A DNA stretch of 60,450 bases from a virus (lineage: Duplodnaviria; Caudoviricetes), in IMG/VR virus record IMGVR_UViG_3300027740_000026, positions 1-60,450 of that record, one strand, 5' to 3'. The notes under the pieces were generated by a model. The model was not told the origin of the DNA. It saw nothing but the letters and a program-made list of their open reading frames with translations, and did no database searches. A program made the position numbers and the translations under genes. The first letter of the stretch is position 1. Each line of letters begins with the position of its first letter. Positions 36,374 through 49,400 of this stretch are shown in pieces.

Positions 36374-37174
36374 ATGGACGCCGTAATTCTTGCATATCTA
36401 GTTCAGATTCTTGGAAGATCAACAAGTAACGATTATTTGGCAAGCATAGTCTCTTCTGTCCTTGGCGTTTTATCTTTATATGGTGACGGATCAGATGGCG
36501 ACAGCACCATAGCAGCAAGCGCTAATATATCTGGCGGGATATACCAATACGAAAACCTGACCATCGATGCAAACCAGACTTTATCTGTAACCCCGTCAAC
36601 TGGATCATTGATACTTTTTGTCAATGACACGCTGACGCTTGGCGCGAATGCGGTAATATCAGTAAAAGGAGCGCAAAATAATGGTGGGAATACCTCTAAC
36701 GGTGGGGCTGGTATCTGCGAAGTATGCGGATGTGGAGGAAGCGATGGCACCCGTACTGGGGGGGGGATTTCCGCTAGATTTTTAGGGTACGCCGATTACC
36801 CAACAACAGGAGCAACGTCAGCCGGAGCAGCGGCAGCAGATAATTTTTCGATAATAGATCAGATAGCAACCGTATTGTGGCTAGCAAAGAACGGCAAATT
36901 ATACAGCGCGGGAGGTGGCGGAAATGGAGCTAACTCTGGTGGAGACGGGTCGTCAGCCTTAATAATTTTCGCAAGAAATTATGTGCAGGGCGCAGGTGCA
37001 TCATTAACGGCTTCAGGAAACGCTGGGGCTGGGGCAGCAGCAGCAGGTGGTGGAGGTGGAAGTTTTGTAATGTTATTTTCGCCAGGAGCAACAGCAACTC
37101 TTACAGCAAGCGGTGGCTCTGGTTTTGGGGGTGGTTATGCCGGAGGAGCAGGAACAACTTTACAGATATCATGA
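36374..37174 (+). CDS. Gly-rich tail fibre-like protein
   Basis: GDGSDG and GGGGG repeats. Confidence 0.6.
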   Translation: MDAVILAYLVQILGRSTSNDYLASIVSSVLGVLSLYGDGSDGDSTIAASANISGGIYQYENLTIDANQTLSVTPSTGSLILFVNDTLTLGANAVISVKGAQNNGGNTSNGGAGICEVCGCGGSDGTRTGGGISARFLGYADYPTTGATSAGAAAADNFSIIDQIATVLWLAKNGKLYSAGGGGNGANSGGDGSSALIIFARNYVQGAGASLTASGNAGAGAAAAGGGGGSFVMLFSPGATATLTASGGSGFGGGYAGGAGTTLQIS

Positions 37175-37554
37175 TACACGCAAAACTTGATAAAGAGTGG
37201 CAATGGATAAAACCTCGTGTCGAAAAAGCAAGGACGCGAAGTCAGAAGCATCGCTGGACCGTAGACGGGATATACAACATCATAGCTTCCGGGGAAGCGT
37301 CTTTGTATATCAACGATGCCCGCAATAGTTTTGTTGTTTTGCGCCCGGTAATTGACAGGGAAACAGGGGAAAGAGGAGCTTCTGTTGTTGTCCAGTTTTT
37401 TGAGAACATCGAAGAAGGGAAAAAACTAATCGAAGAAATGCGAGAAATTTTGAAAGAATCTGATATCCGGTTTGTCATTATGACCAGTTCGTTTCTTGGT
37501 TTCTCAAGAATGGGCTGGGAAATTGAAGAAATAGTCTACAGGCGGAGGGTTTAA
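37171..37554 (+). CDS. Hypothetical protein (GNAT-like position in podovirus tail operons)
   Basis: 127 aa before ejection genes; GFSRMGW. Confidence 0.5.
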   Translation: MIHAKLDKEWQWIKPRVEKARTRSQKHRWTVDGIYNIIASGEASLYINDARNSFVVLRPVIDRETGERGASVVVQFFENIEEGKKLIEEMREILKESDIRFVIMTSSFLGFSRMGWEIEEIVYRRRV

Positions 37555-37556
37555 AT

Positions 37557-38141
37557 ATGTGTGGCGGCGGTGATGCTCCAGAAATAAAAGAAACGGCTCA
37601 AGACAAAGCTCTTGCGGATGTGACAATGGAGCAATGGAACAGATACAAAGAGGTTTTCGTTCCTATTGAAGAAAGGTACATGGCTGAAGACATGCGCATG
37701 ACACCGGCTGATGAATCAAAAATAGCCGCCCAGGTAAGCGCTGGTGTCGGGCGGCATGTTTCTTCAGAACGTGACAAAATAATAAGCGGCATGGCCTCTC
37801 GGGGTGTTGATCCGACAAGCGGTGCCGGGAAGGCCGCTGTCGGTGATATAGGTATCGACCAAGGGAACATAGCTGGAACTGCGATGGCAAGAGGGGCGCA
37901 GGCTGTTGACGATCAAACGCTGCTCAACACGCAAAATGCGATTAATCGTGGTCGTGGTGTGGCGGAAGAGGCAACGAGAGATATGTCAACCCTGTCTCGT
38001 GATGCCACAGCAGAGGCAATAGACAGAGCATACGAAGGCGAAGAAGACAGGGACGCCGCCATAAGCACAGCTGCAACAGCGGCAGGGATGGGACTTGCCG
38101 GGTGGAAAAATATGAACAAAGGAGGTCCAGCAGGTGGATAA
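37557..38141 (+). CDS. Internal virion/ejection protein
   Basis: MCGGG start; Ala/Gly-rich helical. Confidence 0.65.
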   Translation: MCGGGDAPEIKETAQDKALADVTMEQWNRYKEVFVPIEERYMAEDMRMTPADESKIAAQVSAGVGRHVSSERDKIISGMASRGVDPTSGAGKAAVGDIGIDQGNIAGTAMARGAQAVDDQTLLNTQNAINRGRGVAEEATRDMSTLSRDATAEAIDRAYEGEEDRDAAISTAATAAGMGLAGWKNMNKGGPAGG

Positions 38142-38802
38142 AGAATTTATTCAATCGCTTATAGATTCTGGCATTGCAAAACCTCCAGAGGATACAACAA
38201 CGTCGAAAGATCCTTCCGTGTGGAATTATGGAGAAGTCGGCGGGCAAACGCCGGTTTTTAATCCGACGACAGGAAGGTGGGAACTGCCGATGTCTGGCGG
38301 AGAATATTATCAGGATAGCGACCCTGGAGAAAGCTATCAGTATAAAAATCAGACACCCCCTGTTTTCGATCAGGCCACAGGGAAATACGTCCAATATGAT
38401 CCGTTTTCTAAGTCTTTGGTCGGGTTCGGCGAGGTCGGTGGCGGCAAGGCCAGCGATATAATGGCAAAAGTCACACGGGAAGAATGGGCAGATTACATGA
38501 AAAGATTTTTCCCGTTGGAAGAAGAACTGATAGCCTCGTACAAAAACCCCGAAAAACTCGAACAGCGAGTTGGCATATCGAAAGACCTTTCAAACGCAGC
38601 TTTCGACACTGCCCAACAGACCTCAGAGCGTGAAGCGAAAAGATACGGGATTGAATTAAAAGACGATCCGACATATCAAAGGAAGTTGTCTATGGAAAAG
38701 ACAGCTGGCGAGATAGATGCTGGGAACGAAACGAGAAGGCATATGAAAACTATTGACCAAAAAATAATGACTGGCGGTCTTGGTGGGAGGGAATTAATAT
38801 GA
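38134..38802 (+). CDS. Internal virion protein
   Basis: TREEWADY..RF.P.EE.L; synteny. Confidence 0.6.
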   Translation: MDKEFIQSLIDSGIAKPPEDTTTSKDPSVWNYGEVGGQTPVFNPTTGRWELPMSGGEYYQDSDPGESYQYKNQTPPVFDQATGKYVQYDPFSKSLVGFGEVGGGKASDIMAKVTREEWADYMKRFFPLEEELIASYKNPEKLEQRVGISKDLSNAAFDTAQQTSEREAKRYGIELKDDPTYQRKLSMEKTAGEIDAGNETRRHMKTIDQKIMTGGLGGRELI

Positions 38803-39188
38803 GTCTTCTAGGTCTTGGAAGAAATTACAGGAATGTCGCCATGGGCGGGATGAGGACAATGGCGGATAACCAGACTGCAAGAGATAGAGCAAATGAAGGG
38901 ATTAAGTCCGGCAGGAAGGAAGCCAGAAACTCTATGATGTCTCAAGCAGCAGGAATGGGAATGAAATATGCTCTCGGCAGCATGGGTGCCGGTGCAGGTG
39001 CCGGTGCAGGTGCAGGTGCCGGTGCAGGTGCAGGTGCCGGTGCAGGTGCCGGTGCAGGTGCCTCGGCGGGGATGATGGCAGGTGCTCCATATATGATGAT
39101 GGCCCCAATGATAGTGAGTGCTCTTGGTGAAGACCCAAACGACATAAGGAATTACAACCTCGCATATTTTTTGTCTAATCTCTTTTAA
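38799..39188 (+). CDS. Internal virion protein with (GA)n tract
   Basis: MSLLGLG start; Gly/Ala/Met-rich. Confidence 0.6.
   Translation: MSLLGLGRNYRNVAMGGMRTMADNQTARDRANEGIKSGRKEARNSMMSQAAGMGMKYALGSMGAGAGAGAGAGAGAGAGAGAGAGAGASAGMMAGAPYMMMAPMIVSALGEDPNDIRNYNLAYFLSNLF
38985..39062 (+). repeat. Coding hexamer tandem repeat GGTGC(A/C) x13
   Basis: Directly visible; encodes (Gly-Ala)13. Confidence 0.9.
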
Positions 39189-39201
39189 ATGGAATTTAAT
39201 A

Positions 39202-40467
39202 ATGGCTAGGAATTACCTTAACGATGCTATCCGGGGATACGGAATTGTAAACGATATGTTCCGGCAAGAAACTCGTGATAAACAGTCAGAAGAAGACAGG
39301 GCCAGAGAAATAAAAAGGCAAGAGATGCTTGACAGACAAACAGAAGAAGACAGGGCAATGAAAAAAACATTGTTCGGACAACAGCAAGAACAGCTTGCCA
39401 CCACAAAAAAAGAATCTACTGCAAAAGCGTCAGGACGGGCCGCAATGTTTGACGTAATTATGCGGCAATATGGCCCGGAAATAAAAAACAATCCGAACGT
39501 AACAAGCAAGGTCAGTCACTTGCTTAACCCGGAGACCGCAGCAAAAATGAGTGTCTTGGGTGATACTATAGGCGCGAGTCTTAATTCAAAACAAATGCCT
39601 TCCCAGAAAGACATTGTTGACTACCTGAATACGGCATGGTCCCCGAATCTTTCAGCAAGGGGCGCAAGACAAGGATATTCTGAATTTAATGTCCACAGTG
39701 TCAATCAGGCACCGGTGGGCGGTAAGTTGATGATTTCTTTCGCAGGCACAGAAAAAGACGGGACAAAGAAAATTGTCCCGATGACTACCGGCGCAAGTCG
39801 TGACGATAACGATATAGCGCTGCTTGACATAGACACAATGCTGAAAGAATACGTCCAGTCTCATGCTGCTGTCAAGGATGTGCTGAAAGCTGCTGTTGAG
39901 GCTGGTGATATGACATTCCTTGATAACTTCCAGGATTACAGGAAAAAACTTATTGATGTCCGAGAAAAGCAGATTGCCAGGGCTGAAAAGGAAAAAGGAA
40001 AAAAAGAACCATCTTCTAAACCATATATAGAAACAGTTCTTCGTGACGGCAAACCAACGAAAGTAATGTTTGACCCAACAGGAAAGGAGCTCGCTGTGCT
40101 TGGCGAGGTTGAATCATCGAAGAAGTCCGAATCAGCAAAGACAGAAAAGCGAAATCTCCCGGCAAAAGTGCTTGAGGATATGTGGTCTGCATCTTATGAG
40201 GCAGCAGAAAAAGCCGCTGAAGACTTAGATGATGGAGCTTTGTGGTCAGGCACCGAAGAGGCAAAGAAAGCCTTTAAGCTTGCTGGCGGGAAAAAAATGT
40301 GGATAATGAAAGAAGCGCGGAAAAATTTTGATGCTGCTTCTTTAGAAACGCCAGGCAATTCAAACGGCAATTCAAACGGCAGTCCAAACGGCAAGATCGA
40401 CTACCGCAAGTACCTAGGACAGCAGCAAGAACAGCCTGCCATGGCCAGGGCGCACAACGGGAAATAG
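39202..40467 (+). CDS. Internal virion/ejection protein
   Basis: 421-aa charged helical protein before the giant gene. Confidence 0.6.
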   Translation: MARNYLNDAIRGYGIVNDMFRQETRDKQSEEDRAREIKRQEMLDRQTEEDRAMKKTLFGQQQEQLATTKKESTAKASGRAAMFDVIMRQYGPEIKNNPNVTSKVSHLLNPETAAKMSVLGDTIGASLNSKQMPSQKDIVDYLNTAWSPNLSARGARQGYSEFNVHSVNQAPVGGKLMISFAGTEKDGTKKIVPMTTGASRDDNDIALLDIDTMLKEYVQSHAAVKDVLKAAVEAGDMTFLDNFQDYRKKLIDVREKQIARAEKEKGKKEPSSKPYIETVLRDGKPTKVMFDPTGKELAVLGEVESSKKSESAKTEKRNLPAKVLEDMWSASYEAAEKAAEDLDDGALWSGTEEAKKAFKLAGGKKMWIMKEARKNFDAASLETPGNSNGNSNGSPNGKIDYRKYLGQQQEQPAMARAHNGK

Positions 40468-40468
40468 A

Positions 40469-43400
40469 ATGCTCGAAGAATTTGTCGAATTATATCAAGA
40501 TCCCGGTTTTAACTCCCTCTCTCAGCAAGACAAAGAGAAAGTGTTCCGTGGATACTTTGAGGATAATGTTGATCGTGAGTTTTTCAGCCTGCCACCAGAA
40601 CAACAGGAAATAGCCAGGACAAACTTTGTCAGGGAGCAAACACTTCCTGAACCAGAGCCGACCGTTCTTGGCGAGGCCGGAAAAGCTGCCAGTGCTATTG
40701 TCCCGAAGTGGCTTGGAACTTTGGGTTCTGGAGTCGAGGCTTTTGGCGAGGGTGTAAGCAAGGCCGGGGCTGAAGACATTGGAGGGAAAATATCCGACAT
40801 CGGAGCTGGGTCAAAAAAATATTGGGGCCAGAAGGTAGAAGGTCTTGCAGCTCATCCAGACATTCAAGGGGCAATTCTTGACAAACCATCCCTCGCCGTT
40901 GACCCGAAGTGGTGGGCATACAACACCATTGATATGGCAGGAAGTCTGATTCCGACCATTGCCGGTTATGCCATTGGCGGGAAACCTCTTTCCGGTGCGG
41001 TAGGCGGTTCCATGGAAGCTTCGCAAACATGGGATGACATGCGGAAAGCCGGGGTATCTCCAGAAAAAGCAGGCGCCGCAGCCTTGGCGGTTGGAGTTGG
41101 AACAGGTATCCTGAACGCTCTTGGCGTTGATAAAATGCTTACGAAAAGAGCCGGTGCTGGTTTCGCAAGCAAGGTGAAGAATTTTCTTATTTCCGGGACA
41201 TGGGAAGGCGGGACAGAATGGGCGGAAGAACCATTTGTCGCCGTTGTTGAGGGTATAACACAAGGGAAGCCGTGGCAGGAAATAGCCCAAGACGTAAAAA
41301 AGAGAACGAAAGAGGGGTTCAACGTCTTTCCTCCTTCCATGCTTCTTGGCGGTATTGGAGGGTCATCAACTAGACCAACCGAGAAGCCTAAAACAGCGGA
41401 AACAGGAGAAAAAACACAGGAAGCAAGCCGTGTTCAGCAGCCGGTGACTTCTGAAAAAATACTGTCTTCTCTCAAAGAATCTCTTTCTGAAGGGCAGATA
41501 TCACCAGATGAAGTCCGAGCCAACATCAATGAGTTCGCGGAACAAGGTGTGACTCCTGAACAGGTCGAAGCTGTTATCCGAAGTTTCAAGCCAGAACAAC
41601 CAATCCAGCAAAGAGCCGACGAGACGACACCTGCGGCCAGAAGGGCAACGGAATCTCAGTTCAAGGCACAGCAGGAACTAAAAGAGCAGCCCGGTTGGAT
41701 GCAAACCGACAAGCCAGCCAGAGACGATTCTGATTTTCTCCAACAGATGCAGAAATCGAGGGAGTATGCCAAGGCTAAAAATCAGCCCGGCGCATCGTTA
41801 AGGTTTGAGGGTGAATTTGATCCCAATCAGGTTGTATCCGGAGAAGATGGCCTGCCGCTATTATTTAAAAACCCTATCTTGGCAATTCGATATGCGCAAA
41901 AGAACGCACCAGGAGCGAAGTGGCTGAAAACAGACAATGGTGTTGTGCTTATCGGTGGGAAAAAACCGGAACAAAAATCAGTGGAAGCCACGCAACACGG
42001 GAAAATCAGACAGCAAGAGCTTCGTGACGTTGTAGACGCTGACCCGTTAAATGCGGTTGCAAGGGAAATTCAAAAAGAGGGCGGGATCAGGCTTACCGAT
42101 GATATTAAAAATACTTATAGCGCCGATACCAGGAACCAACTCAACAAGCGTTATCCCGGCCTGTTCAGCAACAACGGGAAAATTTACGGAGATGAAGCAG
42201 CGGAGAAAGCAGGCTTTGAGTCGCTTGACTCTTTCGTGGAAGCACTGAAAACCTCCAAAACAAAAAGTGAAATCGGCAAACTGGCAAGAGAACCAGATTT
42301 AAGCCATATAGACGATATTGTAAAAGCAGGGCTTGAGCCAACAGTTGACGCTTTAGGGCGCCCGGCAAAAATGAGGGCTATCGACCTTGCTCTTGGCGAT
42401 GAGGTGCAGGCCAGCGGCGATGATGTCCCGGCAGACAGATACACAGTTAAAGGGATTGACAAGGCTGGTCGCGTCGTTCTGGAAGATGGCGTTGAAGTCC
42501 GGGTTGACGCCGACACAGAACTTGACGTAGAAGGGCGCAAGCGATCTGGCAAAGATTTTGACGAAAACAACCTGCTTCCTTTGAGAAAAGGAGAGGAAGC
42601 TGAAGACCCATTTTCTTATGAACAAGGCAACATAGAACCGAATGAGAAAGAAATTACCGGTAGTGGTAGAGAAGCGGAAGGGGCGGTGGATGGTAAAAGT
42701 GTTGTGGGCGCAGTTGGAGAGAGGCCCGTTCAAAAACCTGAGCGAAGCCGTGCTGTGCGGGCTGACGATGCTCCCGGAAAGGGTGTTCAAGGCGTAGAGC
42801 CATGGCAAAACAGCGATCTTGCCACCAGTCCGAACATTTCTCCATCCAGAGTGACGGCAAAGAAACAGGCGGACGGGAAATACGGCATGGTGTTTATTGG
42901 CACCGGCAATGAGGTGTTTCCTGGTGAGCGGTTTTCTTCAGTGAAAGAAGCTCGGGATTTCTTTAAGGTTCAGCAAGCAAAAGCACAGGCCGCTACTCTC
43001 TCCGCACAGGGCGCGAGTACAGAGAGTGGCCTGACTCCACAAGGAGCTATCAAGGCCAAGCCGAGCCCGACGGGCGAATCGGCTACTTATAACCCTTTCA
43101 GAAATAAGGCTGAAAAGGCACGGAAGAAATATGAGTCAATGAGCGGGAGGACTGTGCGCGACGATGCAATGGAAAAATCGTTTCCATTAGGCGCAGGGTT
43201 TGGGCGAGGGACGCAGCGTAGCCGAGACAAAGCCATTGATTCCAGCGTTGCCCGTGCAACCCGTATAGTTGAAGCCAGGCGGGAAATGGACCAGCTTGAA
43301 GCCCAGGCCGACGCATACGACCGAGGGGAAATCACGGCGCAGGGACGAAGAACAAAAAGCGAGAAGCTTGTGGTTGCCGAGAAAGAACTTCGCAGGCGAG

Positions 43401-46400
43401 AAAAGATGTTGCCGATTATCAACCGGCCCGATGGCGCTACGGTGATCACCAGGGAGCAATGGAACAAAACCCATGCTGACTACAAAGCTATTTCCGTTTC
43501 CCGTGATGGTACATACCGATATAGAAGCATGATTATTAACGGGGCATTGACTCCGGTGTTTATGACGGATGCGAAGGAGACTGGACTACCAAAGACGAAG
43601 GCTTCCCAAGTAAACAAAACCCCGGAATCTTTAACTAAGCAACCAGTTAAGGAAAGTCAAGTGGGCTCCGACACGGATCAGGCTGCTTCGGAGACTCTGT
43701 TGAGTGCGCCTGGTTCAACAACCCAACCTCCAACGCCTGTAACAGATGGTCAGCCGGTCAGGGCAAACGAGAAACCCACCGCGTCTGTAAAGGTTCCATC
43801 GGGCGCACCAGTGGGGGTTGGGGCTGTTGCTTCGACGCCAGAAGAAACATACCCCACGTCAGGCGAAAAGGTTGATGGGCGCACGGTTAGACAAACGGTT
43901 CCCAACCTGTCGTCAATTGAATCCTCAATCCCAGATGGGGAAGAACTCGCGGGTGTCCGGGAAGTTCAAATGTCCCTGTTTACCCTTGATGAATCACCAC
44001 TTGCCACCGATGCTCGCACAAAAAAGCTCGCGGAGGAAATTAGGGCATCTGGAGAGATTTCCCCGCTGATTGTCGGGGTGGATAGCAAAGGGCCTTATAT
44101 CATTGAGGGAGCGCACAGATACGATGCGCTAAAAATCCTCAGGGCCAAGTCGTTCCCGGCAGTGGTGGTAATCGACAATGAAGCAATTGAGGCCAAGACC
44201 GTAACAGCCCCAGCAATCAAACAACAGTCAAGCAAAGAAGCCGAACCAGATCAGCAAGTTGCACCATCAACCCCAGACGATGCCGGATTAAAATCAAGTA
44301 AGCCTGCCTCCGAGATGACCGCCGCAGAGCTGCTTCGTGCCGCCGCTGATAAAATGGATGGTAAGGCAGAAAAACGCTCAGATGCTGAAACGGCCACAGA
44401 AGATACCGCCAAACAAGCCGAACAGACCGAAGAGAAAGCCGTTACCGAGAAAACGACAAAATCCGCTGCTGATTTGTCAACTAAGGATGACATAACCGGC
44501 GATAAACAGGAAGCAATCACTTTGCCGCCTGGTAATTTCAGCCGTGAAAAATTGACCATTACAAAGCGAGGCCGCAAGTGGTTCGAGGCAACTCGCGAAG
44601 GGAAAACCTACCCGGTAAAGGTTGAAATAAACGAGACAAGCACAGGTTGGGAAGTTGGGCAGACATATCCAACCCCAGCAAATATCGATGTGAACTCGTC
44701 AAGATATGGGGCAACTACGACCATATACCCGTTATCTGATAACCAAGAGCGAGAGTCAAAAAGAGTATCGACAATTCCAGAGATAAAAAAATGGCTTGCG
44801 TTTGTCGAAGAGAAAGCACCGGACTATATTTATCAGAATGGCGTTGATAAGCTGAAAAGCCTTGGGATTGACGATCATCCTGAGTTGCAAGCAAGGCTTG
44901 ACGCTGCCATCGATTCGGTGAAGGTGGCAAAGAAAAAAGCAGCGACGGCAAAGGACGAAGCCAAAAAAGCCGAGGCAGCAATACCAAGAATATACTTGAG
45001 CGTTCCATATGAAGACCGGGCTATCGCAAAACGGAACGGTGCCAAGTTTGACGGAGACAGGTCGCAATGGTATGTGACCGGCTCTGTGCCGGAAGGATTA
45101 AAAAAGTATGGCACTGACGGCCCTGGTGGGAGTGGCGTCTTGCCAGATGAGCAGTTTCGCATTGGTGGCGGGCAAGGCTATGGATGGCGTGAGATGCACC
45201 CCGGCGAGACAATGCGCAACCCCCGCGACGCAGGGCCTAAGTATATCACCATTATATCCGCATCAAAGAAGTATTTCCGGGATGACGGTATGTCGTTCGG
45301 CGTTGGAGACGAGCAAGGATATGTTTTCTCGGCGATAGCAAGGGAGGCAACCGAAGAAGAATCCGCACCGTTGCGCACGAAGGAAGCGGCAAGCGCGGAG
45401 AAAAAGAGAGCGAAGAAAGCATTACAAGGAATAGCCGCCGAAATCCAAAAAGACGGCGAGCGGCCCGATGGCTCAAATGTGACGGGAGGTACACATTACT
45501 CCGACACGCAGAACATCTATGGTGGCGGAGAATGGTTTACCATCGGCGATGAATATATCTGGTACGTCAAAAATAACGGGATGGACGGTGATAATTGGAG
45601 CAGCAACAATGTCAGCACCGGTGGGGCTGGCGGTATTGGGTGGCGAGTGCCGTTTGACGAGAAGCTGGCCGAGAGGATAAAAAAAGAGTCCGCCATAGCA
45701 TCCCCAAGCAAAGACGCTTCGCTCTATTCCCATGCCGCCCAAACCTACGCCACCACTCCCGCAGAAGTAGAAGCAGAACTCCGCAAGTCTTTCCTTGGCA
45801 AAGGCACCGACAACCTGATCAAGCGGGATAAGCTGGAAGTTGTGCGGACTGAGACCGGTTTGCCTGATTGGATCGGGCGGGCGTTGAAGAGTGTTATGCA
45901 CAGGAGATACAAAAGAGATACCCCGATGAGCGATTGGGGGCACGCTCTTTTCGCGGACGATGGCGATTCCGTTAAGCATTATGGCGACTTCCATTATACG
46001 GTTGACACCGCCAGGTTGGGCGACAAGCTGGTTTATGCTGACTCTAATGAGTTTACGAATGCCCTGCGGTCTGCCCTGGACGAGTACGGCGATGATTACG
46101 GACTTAATTCATACCAGCAGGACGGACAGACGAGAGAGGAACTTATTGAAGCTCTTGTTGACGAAGCAAACCCTGACGATATTGTAAATAGTGCCGGCAT
46201 ATGGGACTCCGATCTTGTGGAGCTGGTATGGAATAAGGTAATGGAGCCGAATGGCTGGACGGTCGTCAAGACTGATGACGGCGGCATTGCTTTTGAAGAG
46301 TCTGATATCAACCCACTCTACTCCAAAGACGGCACCATAGTCGGCGCCTACGATCCCAAGGGCGGTAAAGACGGTAAGGGTGGCAAAATCTGGTTGGTCG

Positions 46401-49400
46401 CTGATAAGATCGCCAAAGGACAAGCTGCCGGTGTTGCGTTGCACGAAGTTTCACATGCCTTACTTTTGAGCGACGAGAAGTACATGGCCGCCCGTGCCAA
46501 GATCGAAGCTGACTTTGAACGACTGGAAAAAATCGGCCACAAGGCGGTAAAGGCGGCGTTTGCTCGGGTGCCGGAAGACACCCCGGCAGAGTTCCGCACC
46601 ACGGAAGGCATAGGGTATTTCCTCGAAAATGCCGCGAACAAGCCGCAACCCCTTTACAAGCGCATCATTTCCGCAATCAAGATGGCCCTTATGAGGCTTG
46701 GAATCCCCACCACCAGGATGACCGAGGCTGATTTTGTGACGCTCTTCACGGCTGGCGCAAGAAATTGGGCCAGGAAGACCGACCAATTTGCCGAAGCCGG
46801 GAATATGGTCGGCGATACCGTCCCGGCAATGTTGAGCCAGATGGCAAAAGAGTTCGGTATCAGTATTGAAGAGGCGCGGAGTCTTAAAGCTGGGTGGACC
46901 GATAGGCGAGTAGACAACGAGATCCAATATGCGGCATATGATGACGGGAGGACGAAAGCCGTTATAGGCTTTGTAAACCCGCAAGATTTTGTTTTAGCAA
47001 CAACGCCGAGCAAAACGTCAGCGGCCTCTATTTCAGAGTCAGCGAAGCCGCTTGACATCGACAAGATGAGGAAAGAATCCCAATCCCCATATCTGGTTGT
47101 TGAAGAAGACGAACATATCATCGACCACGAAGGGCGTCACAGGATGTCAGCACTGGCAAAAGCCGGTGTTACTTCTGCCCCTATCGTCCTTGACTATAGA
47201 AGGCCAGCCAACCGCAATGACGTTGAGACAATAGAACTTGAGGGGCAGTCTTTCGAGTTTGGCGGGACCGGCAAGACCTTAACGGTCTCCGGCGTTATTC
47301 CCCTTACGTTTGAAAACAAAACCCGCCTGAAACAGTTAATGGGAGAAACCGACATCCGGTACAGCAAGCAGCGAACAGAATCAGAAATGAAAGAACTCGG
47401 ACTAAGGAGGCACAATGGACATCAACCTTTGGCGGAAAAACTTGGCAAAATTATCGGGCAAAAGGTCACGGCCTGGCGTTTGCCTGACGCCATTTATCGA
47501 CAAGATCGCAAGGGGCGAGTTGACACTACAGGAAGTCCTCGGGGGGAACATGAATTCGCCGGGAGACTTGCCGACATCTTCAAAAAGAGAATCGTCTGGG
47601 TAGAAATCACAGGAGGGATAAACGGGGTTGTATTGATGCGTGATAAATTGATGCGCGACACGATCTTCGTAAACGTCTTTGCCGACAAACCAGCTCATGT
47701 AATCTTTGGGCATGAACTGTCACACCATATCGAGCAAGACACCCCTGAATTATTTGACGCCCTTTACGAAGCTATTGAGCCCCTCATAAAAAATACCGAA
47801 ACGTACAAGACAACACGGGATATCAACCTCAGCGACAAGGGTGTGAAAAAAGAGATCATAGGCGATCTGCTTGGTGACAATTTCAATAATCCTGCATTTT
47901 GGCAAGCGGTGGAAGCTCATACCGAGAAGGGAAAATTTAGGCGGCTGATTGACAAGGTGGTTGCGTGGTTGGATGGGGTGCTGGCTCATTTTACCGACTT
48001 TGGGTCTTCGCAGTTTGTAGATGATACTCAAGAGGCGAGGGACTCCCTTGCTTTTATCGTTGCAGAATACGGCGTTTCCCGGCGCGAAGATGGCAGGTGG
48101 GGTAACGGAGAAGTCCGGTACAGCCAAGCCGAAATACAGGAAGCGGCCAAAGCCATCTATTCCAAGCTCGAACAGGTAGCAGCCTCAGCATTCCAAGGTA
48201 TGAAAGCGCAGTCCGTTTTGAACTTCCTCAACAAGCAAGGTGTGAAGAAAACTGAAATCGAAGCGACCGGGCTTGACGCATGGATCAAAGCCAAGAAGCC
48301 TGCCGACAAGGTAAGCCGTGGCGAACTCCTGGACTTCGTGAAGGCCAACACCGTTGAGCTTGAGGACGTGGTGCTGGGGGGAGGTTTAACAGCGGATGAG
48401 CAGAAAGAACGAAAAAGCCTAATCGCGGAGGAGCAAAATCTTGGCAGGGAGATAGGAAAGATAGAGAGAGAGCAAGATGAATTAATTGACGATCAAGAAG
48501 AGGTCGTAGTTAATGGTGTTGGTTTTGCCGTTGGAAGATCTGGTCAGGTGTTATACGACAACAAAATGTTCGAGTACAATAAGGCCGAGGAAGAGTATGT
48601 AAACTCTTTGGGCGAAGATAATATTGACAGCATACAGGCGAGTATTTTTAGGGAAAAAGGTGGAGCCAAGAAAGACCATCGCAGGGAGGCAGAAGAAAGA
48701 CAAAAAACATATTCGACAGAGCGTTATCGGGAACGCTTTGAAGCGAGAAATAAAAAACCGAAAAAGTCAGATCTATTTAATTACAATATTGTGCCGGAAA
48801 AGATATTGCGAGAAACCCTCGCCAAAAATGAACTATCCCGTCTATTGAATCTTGCACAAAAAGAAAAAGATTTGCTGACTCGCAAAGAAAATCTCATACG
48901 GAAAAAGACTCAAATATCGCGCAAAATAGGGTCGTTCAAGGAAGACGACACCCACTTCTCCCAGTATGTCGAGCCGGGGGGAGTTGAAGGCTCGTACCGG
49001 GAGATGTTTGTCACGGCACCCCCAAGTAATGCCGAAGGAACAAGGAGTGATTTAAGAAAACTCAGAGAGTCATTTGAAGAAAAATATGGGGAAGATTTCA
49101 CAGTATCCATGTTGTCGGCTACCGAAAAAACTGAATATGAGTCACTTGGTAGAACAGCAGGCAGGCGGCAATCCACTTGGCAAGACGGCCACTCCCAATA
49201 TTCGGACGTAAAAAATCCTGTAATAAGAATTAGATTTAACACGGTAGAGGCGGACGGCAAGAAAATTCTCCGCATCGAGGAAATGCAGGGGCCTAACCCG
49301 GACAACCAAGCCAAGATGCCCACACACCTCCTGGACAACATCTACAACTTGGGAGTCAAGCGCATCCTGGCCTACGCCAAGGAGAACGGCTTTGACGGGG

